Source of the DNA: Promethearchaeia archaeon | GTDB lineage: Archaea; Asgardarchaeota; Lokiarchaeia; Sigyniarchaeales; SOKP01 | NCBI GenBank assembly: GCA_029856145.1 | Contig: JAHQWK010000001.1 | Coordinates: 585,474-649,473 of the forward strand | DNA: 64,000 nucleotides | Direction: 5' to 3' | Shown here: positions 58,968 through 64,000 of the stretch, one piece after another | Layout: each line of letters opens with the position of its first letter | Position numbering within the stretch: the stretch's first letter is position 1 | The notes under the pieces: model-generated | Databases searched by the model: none | What the model saw: only the letters and a program-made list of their open reading frames with translations | Told to the model about the DNA's origin: nothing | Translations under genes and position numbers: made by a program

Positions 58968-61900
58968 TTATAAAAAATTATCTTCCCTTAGACATGAATA
59001 AGGATTAGAAAAAAATGCTCTAAACTGACTACGTGTATTAATAGTCGGATGTATTTGGAAAAATTCAATTGCTTCTCTAGTAGTTAAAAACCGATGCTCA
59101 AATAATCTTCTAGTATCCCTATTATGGGAATTAGGAGTCTTATAACCAACTGAGCGAAAGCTGTTATAAATCTGTTGAACGCTTGGCAACCCTTTGATTG
59201 ATCTAAATGAATTCACGATCGATGTAAAAACAACTTCTTCTCTGCCCTTGGCCCAACTTGTATAATAGTTTTCTACTTGTTCCTTCAAATAACCATATTC
59301 CATTCCTAAATCCTTTATGGCATCATTAATATGCATATATTTTATCAAATAATGGTCAATTTCAGCCTTAGTCAAGGTTTTAACGTTAAATTTGCCTTTT
59401 TCTGCATAAAAAACTTGTCTAAATTCCCTTAGATTAGTGATTGTAGGATGGGTCTTAAGGAAATTTACTGCATCCAAGGTATTGAGACTATTGAACAATC
59501 TTCTGCTGTAAAGATTATGACTATTAAAAGCTTGACTTTCGGAATAACCATATCTTGACCAGACTCTCTTTGCTAAATTGTTTATTGATTCCTTTGATGC
59601 ATCCCAACCTCGATATTCTTCAATGATGTATGGCGTCAAATAATAATCTTTACAATCGAACCAATAATCAAATCCTATCTGAGCTCTAATTTGATCTGAT
59701 AGGCTTTTTCGTATTGCGTGGTATGACTTACCAGACAAAATTGATCTAAAATAATCTGACAATGCTGCCGCCTTTATAGAGAATATATTCTCTAATAAAT
59801 AAAAAATTGTAGCTAATGGTAATACATCTTCATAAATCCCCTCATGTACCCAATAAGTTCCAGACCCTGCCCTAGATATCTCTAATTGACTCCAATCTTG
59901 ATTAATTATCGTTAACAGCTCACCAAATGTCTTCCCTCCAAAAAAAGCTTTAATTCTTTCACCTATAAAACGACCAAAGGCAGAATTAATCTCAAAAAGT
60001 TCATACCCTTGCTTAATTAGAGATTCTAACATTGGTCTTAAAAATAAAATTTGGGCTTCTTCAAAATTACCAAAATAATCATTAATTCTACGACGAACTG
60101 TTGTCTCTGATACATACCAACCTTGTTGTCTAAGTAATTGTGCTATCTCCTTAATATTTAATCCCATGGCAACATATTGAGCAATGAACAACATTGGGAG
60201 CTCTATTCTATTACGCCCTAGATTTCCTCCTGCTAGCATATTAAGGCCATCGCTAATTAAATTAAACTCGCTGATAAAATCGTGCTCAGCTTTGCGTAAT
60301 GACCTTTGGCTAAAAGCAATTCTCACAACCCTTTTCTTGAAGCCAAGGTTATCATCGTTAAGTATTGCAAAAATTTTGCCCCAATTCCAAGAACCACTCG
60401 CATGTTTGTAATCATCTTCCATGAAACTTCCACCTTCAAGAAGAACATCCCATACTTCTTGATCGAAATCCCGAGTCATACTAGGATGTTTAATTGCATT
60501 CTTTACAGCCTTTTCCCATCTTACAGTCAAAGAAGTAATGGTTAAACCACCATATTTAGACCCTCTCGGACTAATAATCTCATAAACAATTCCGTACCAT
60601 AAAAGCTTTCTACGCCCTTGGATTGAAACAAGATCATCAAAATTCTGGACATCCTCCCTTTTTATAATTTTATCTGTACTGCTAAGCCTCCTTTGCAAAC
60701 CTTTAAAACCTAACTGCCTTCTAATTGTCTTAATATAGCTTAAATGATTATTTACGATTCGCTTTGCTTGACCCTTAAGATTTATCGTCCTTATATTAAA
60801 TCTCTTAGGTACTGAATGTAATACAGCTGCACCAGCAACTTGACCAGGAGTAGGAGTCCTATCATAGACCATCTCTGGTCCTAAAGCCTCTATTATAAGA
60901 CACTCAATCTCATTTTCCTCTATAAGATCAAGTTCTGTAGCAATAACTTGTGACTCAAAAATATCTAGGAGTTTATCGTTGATAACTTGCTGTTGAACCC
61001 TTTGCTGTCTCTGGTGTTTTGATTCTAAAATACCTTTAACGGCATCCTTTAATTCAAATAAACTGTCAGCTGAAGCTCCGCCGATAATCATAATATTGCT
61101 GAAAGCGGCAATATCTGAACCGAAAATACCGCCCATCATCGCACCCATAAACATAATCACCGTGAAGAAGCTATCACGGATATAATCTTTCCGATTATCT
61201 TTTTGAATTTGAGCTTCTTGTGCTTGTTGCCTCATTTCATTCATCTGCTCTATGGTTAGATGCTGTTGGGCAGCTGTATTCTGAAGATTCAGCGAAGTTT
61301 GGGGCTTTATACTTGCCCGCATAAACCGAGTGACTGCGCTGAAAAAGAACTCACGCCCGGTCTCAGCAAGTCCACTGAGGTATATTTGTGCTGTCTCGTC
61401 CCAACCAAGATCTGCTACAGCATTAGTTACGTAAGCCGAGATCCAGGGATCTACGAATACTTCTTCAATACTTTCGGAAATCATCGCAGTCGTGATTTTA
61501 AACATGTTATATCCAAGACCTCTAGATGCGGGATTAAGAAGGTTATTAAATAATTCTCCTGTATTCATTTTACTATAAAGATTAGCTAGCCTTTTTCCAG
61601 CAGTCCCTGCTTGAATCGCATCATCTAATTTATCAAATAGATTATTAGCTAATTTACTAAATGCTTTGTCAATTACAATCGTAGCGCCCATTACAATAAG
61701 AGTACTGATAATAGTGACAAATATGGTGTAGCAAGTCTCGGAAAGTCTCTGCTGAGTCTGTTCCGCAATGGTAAATTGGTATGTATATTCTAAAAGCGCT
61801 TGGTGGGCAGATTGCATGGTAGCAATTGTATTAGCTTCTTCTGGTGTGATGTCATCTCTCTCCACTGAAATATCCCTATATTTTTCTATGCAAAATTCGA

Positions 61901-64000
61901 GAATGATATGACCTTCGTACCCCTCAACATTGTTATATAGATCTTCCTTGCCAGTAAGATGTTCATCTAAAAGTATTGTAAAACTTGAATTTAAAATTAC
62001 TTCTCCTGTAATCGCATTAAAAATAAATTCCGGAATATAGTCAATGTCCAATGGGAGAATTTCTTGATTTCCAAGTGAATCGACATAATAAGGTACAATA
62101 TTCACGATATCTGACATAATTAAGCGATTCTCCACAGTATCTTCTGGGATCAACTGTATGATATCTGTAGTGCCATTATAGACTTTGTAAATGTGATAAT
62201 ACTCTTCTTCCAGGGCGTCATATTCTTCATGATTTACATATATAGGATAGTCAAGGTGAAACTCTGGAGCTAAAACTGTATCAGAATCGACAAACTGTAA
62301 TGAGGGTCTCACGCCAACCATGTACGGAATAAGGCGATCATATGAAACACTGTCTTCAGGATCGCTCTCAGTTGCCTTATATATCTCATCTTCTAAGTAC
62401 ATAATGGAATTTCTCATGTAAAGGGCTCGTGGATCACGGGGCTGAGTAAGACCTAAGCTATCTAATATAGGAAGTTGCTCAATAGATATTCCATAAAATT
62501 CCTCAATATCTTGATTGAAGAATGACATCAACAGTGGATCATCAAAATCCGAATATTGAAGATAAGATCGTGTCTGCTGAGAATAATCTAATAATAGCGG
62601 GTTAAACTGAGTGCCGAAATTGGCCGTCTTTTGTATATGAGCAGGAGCAAGAATGACCTCTCCTTCATAAATATGCTTGTCAGTCTCAGCCTTTACCGGA
62701 GTATAGATTCCTGCCATGCTTCCTTGGAGTGTATTTGGCATAATATCGCCAAAGTATCTATCCTGCCACCATTTCTCCGAGAGCGTCTCGGTGGTCTGAT
62801 ACTCCTCGTTATAAGTGGTCTGAGAAGCTAAATAGTTGTTTATCTCTTTCTGCTGTGCAATTGCGTACATAGAGTTAAGTAGCCAATAGACGAGCATACC
62901 GACAAGGAAACCGATAGCAGTTCCAATTCCAGGAAAAGAAGACCCAATTGTAGAACATGATCCTATTATCGCTATTGCAGTAATTTTTCCGACAACAAAT
63001 GCAGTTAATTGTGAAACTACTTGCCATGCGATATCGCCAATAATTTTCTCAGGAGAAAGGGATTCAGCAAACTGTTGAGAAGTAAGTTGCATTGCAAGTT
63101 TGATTAATTTACTGGAAGTTCCTGTATATTGCGATTTCCAGATGTCAAATAAAGAATCTCTGAATGTAGGCTCTACAAATACTCCATCATAACTGTCAGT
63201 ATCTTCATAATTAATTAATTTATGACCGGCATATTTTAAAGTCATTTTCAAAGCCTTGCCAATATCTGCGGTAGCCGCACTTGTAATAATATGTTTCTCC
63301 GTAATCATGACTTTATGAGGCTCGAAAAAGGAGTTTCCATCGTAATCAAACCCTATTCCGACCACTTCGCCATCAGAGTCGACAATAAAGATTGTACTGT
63401 GGAGTCCATCCCCATCTTCATCATAATAAAGGTACTTATACCCTTTAAGATTATCTGGAGCATATCCTTGAACATTATCATAATATACTCCCATCTCTGG
63501 AACCACCTCAATAACATTAGCAACAATCTTTTGCTCGGTTAAATAATCATTGATCCCTGTACCTTCATTATAAGTTGCAGGTATTGAAATAGCTTTCTGA
63601 GTCGCCAAAATATTATCAAATTCCATAGAATCATTAATTGTTATTCTTCTATCAAATATAGCTGAAACTCCATCTCTAGGATGGGAAAGGGATAAAAGAT
63701 TCTCAAGAGCAGGAATGTAAGAAGTAACATCATTGGAACTATCTTCATCTCCATTATCATTGATAACTGGCACAAGATTATTATCTAAGTTATATACTTC
63801 TGATAACTCGTTTGGAAATACATCATCATAATATCTGGTGTTTACAACCTCGCCGTACTCGAAATCTCTGAACGCATAGGACATACTTGAATCGGAAATG
63901 ATATATGTGGAATTCCTATATTCTGTCAAGTATCCATCATATTCTTTTTGACCACCTTCTAAGTTCTCAGAACTGTCACTTAGTTTGAAATGAATATGAG
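58968..64000 (-). CDS. giant multidomain protein (5' end beyond window) with acidic N-terminal region, hydrophobic helices, GIY-YIG nuclease, HTH and C-terminal repeats
   Basis: Frame stays open past 63929 to the window edge; DEDGDG/DSDG/DYDGN loops; three hydrophobic clusters; GIVYEI..KYGGLT..R..E..I..GLN..GG. Confidence 0.8.
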   Translation of the reverse strand, partial: HIHFKLSDSSENLEGGQKEYDGYLTEYRNSTYIISDSSMSYAFRDFEYGEVVNTRYYDDVFPNELSEVYNLDNNLVPVINDNGDEDSSNDVTSYIPALENLLSLSHPRDGVSAIFDRRITINDSMEFDNILATQKAISIPATYNEGTGINDYLTEQKIVANVIEVVPEMGVYYDNVQGYAPDNLKGYKYLYYDEDGDGLHSTIFIVDSDGEVVGIGFDYDGNSFFEPHKVMITEKHIITSAATADIGKALKMTLKYAGHKLINYEDTDSYDGVFVEPTFRDSLFDIWKSQYTGTSSKLIKLAMQLTSQQFAESLSPEKIIGDIAWQVVSQLTAFVVGKITAIAIIGSCSTIGSSFPGIGTAIGFLVGMLVYWLLNSMYAIAQQKEINNYLASQTTYNEEYQTTETLSEKWWQDRYFGDIMPNTLQGSMAGIYTPVKAETDKHIYEGEVILAPAHIQKTANFGTQFNPLLLDYSQQTRSYLQYSDFDDPLLMSFFNQDIEEFYGISIEQLPILDSLGLTQPRDPRALYMRNSIMYLEDEIYKATESDPEDSVSYDRLIPYMVGVRPSLQFVDSDTVLAPEFHLDYPIYVNHEEYDALEEEYYHIYKVYNGTTDIIQLIPEDTVENRLIMSDIVNIVPYYVDSLGNQEILPLDIDYIPEFIFNAITGEVILNSSFTILLDEHLTGKEDLYNNVEGYEGHIILEFCIEKYRDISVERDDITPEEANTIATMQSAHQALLEYTYQFTIAEQTQQRLSETCYTIFVTIISTLIVMGATIVIDKAFSKLANNLFDKLDDAIQAGTAGKRLANLYSKMNTGELFNNLLNPASRGLGYNMFKITTAMISESIEEVFVDPWISAYVTNAVADLGWDETAQIYLSGLAETGREFFFSAVTRFMRASIKPQTSLNLQNTAAQQHLTIEQMNEMRQQAQEAQIQKDNRKDYIRDSFFTVIMFMGAMMGGIFGSDIAAFSNIMIIGGASADSLFELKDAVKGILESKHQRQQRVQQQVINDKLLDIFESQVIATELDLIEENEIECLIIEALGPEMVYDRTPTPGQVAGAAVLHSVPKRFNIRTINLKGQAKRIVNNHLSYIKTIRRQLGFKGLQRRLSSTDKIIKREDVQNFDDLVSIQGRRKLLWYGIVYEIISPRGSKYGGLTITSLTVRWEKAVKNAIKHPSMTRDFDQEVWDVLLEGGSFMEDDYKHASGSWNWGKIFAILNDDNLGFKKRVVRIAFSQRSLRKAEHDFISEFNLISDGLNMLAGGNLGRNRIELPMLFIAQYVAMGLNIKEIAQLLRQQGWYVSETTVRRRINDYFGNFEEAQILFLRPMLESLIKQGYELFEINSAFGRFIGERIKAFFGGKTFGELLTIINQDWSQLEISRAGSGTYWVHEGIYEDVLPLATIFYLLENIFSIKAAALSDYFRSILSGKSYHAIRKSLSDQIRAQIGFDYWFDCKDYYLTPYIIEEYRGWDASKESINNLAKRVWSRYGYSESQAFNSHNLYSRRLFNSLNTLDAVNFLKTHPTITNLREFRQVFYAEKGKFNVKTLTKAEIDHYLIKYMHINDAIKDLGMEYGYLKEQVENYYTSWAKGREEVVFTSIVNSFRSIKGLPSVQQIYNSFRSVGYKTPNSHNRDTRRLFEHRFLTTREAIEFFQIHPTINTRSQFRAFFSNPYSCLREDNFL

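Noticed and set aside
77-63542. Short antisense or overlapping ORFs in the track (e.g. 77..343, 3849..4100, 16894..17205, 37372..37815, 38603..39025, 61260..61553)
   Set aside because: They lie opposite or within well-supported genes and have shadow-like composition.
1-64000. CRISPR arrays, rRNA, transposases/integrases
   Set aside because: None recognised by eye; periodicities seen are coding repeats (LRR, beta-helix, E/K-rich).

Overview
AT-rich archaeal chromosome segment, most likely from an Asgard archaeon (Lokiarchaeia/Promethearchaeota). The assignment rests on a gelsolin-like protein, RING/PCI/MIT-like proteins, an HMf-type histone, eS30, a GPN-loop GTPase, an EMC3/TMCO1-family protein, many LRR and zinc-ribbon proteins, and eukaryote-like 3'-UTR SECIS elements. 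Highlights: (1) a probable ArsR-controlled cluster with a palindromic operator, a 28-aa Cys-Cys leader peptide, an iron-sulfur flavoprotein, a SAM-methyltransferase::HgcA-like fusion and an HgcB-like ferredoxin; (2) two tandem selD genes, each with an in-frame UGA (Sec) at codon 18 and a covarying 3'-UTR SECIS that carries an extra hairpin; (3) a tRNA-Trp(CCA) interrupted by three BHB-type introns; (4) a giant protein, cut by the window edge, with membrane helices and a C-terminal GIY-YIG nuclease, HTH and repeats, followed by an LRR gene (toxin/immunity-like); (5) a HEAT-trunk/PCI/appendage adaptin-like protein; (6) probable ATA/ATT start codons; (7) several gene relics (histone 3' end, internally deleted asd, membrane-protein paralog). 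All family calls come from manual motif recognition; no database searches were run.
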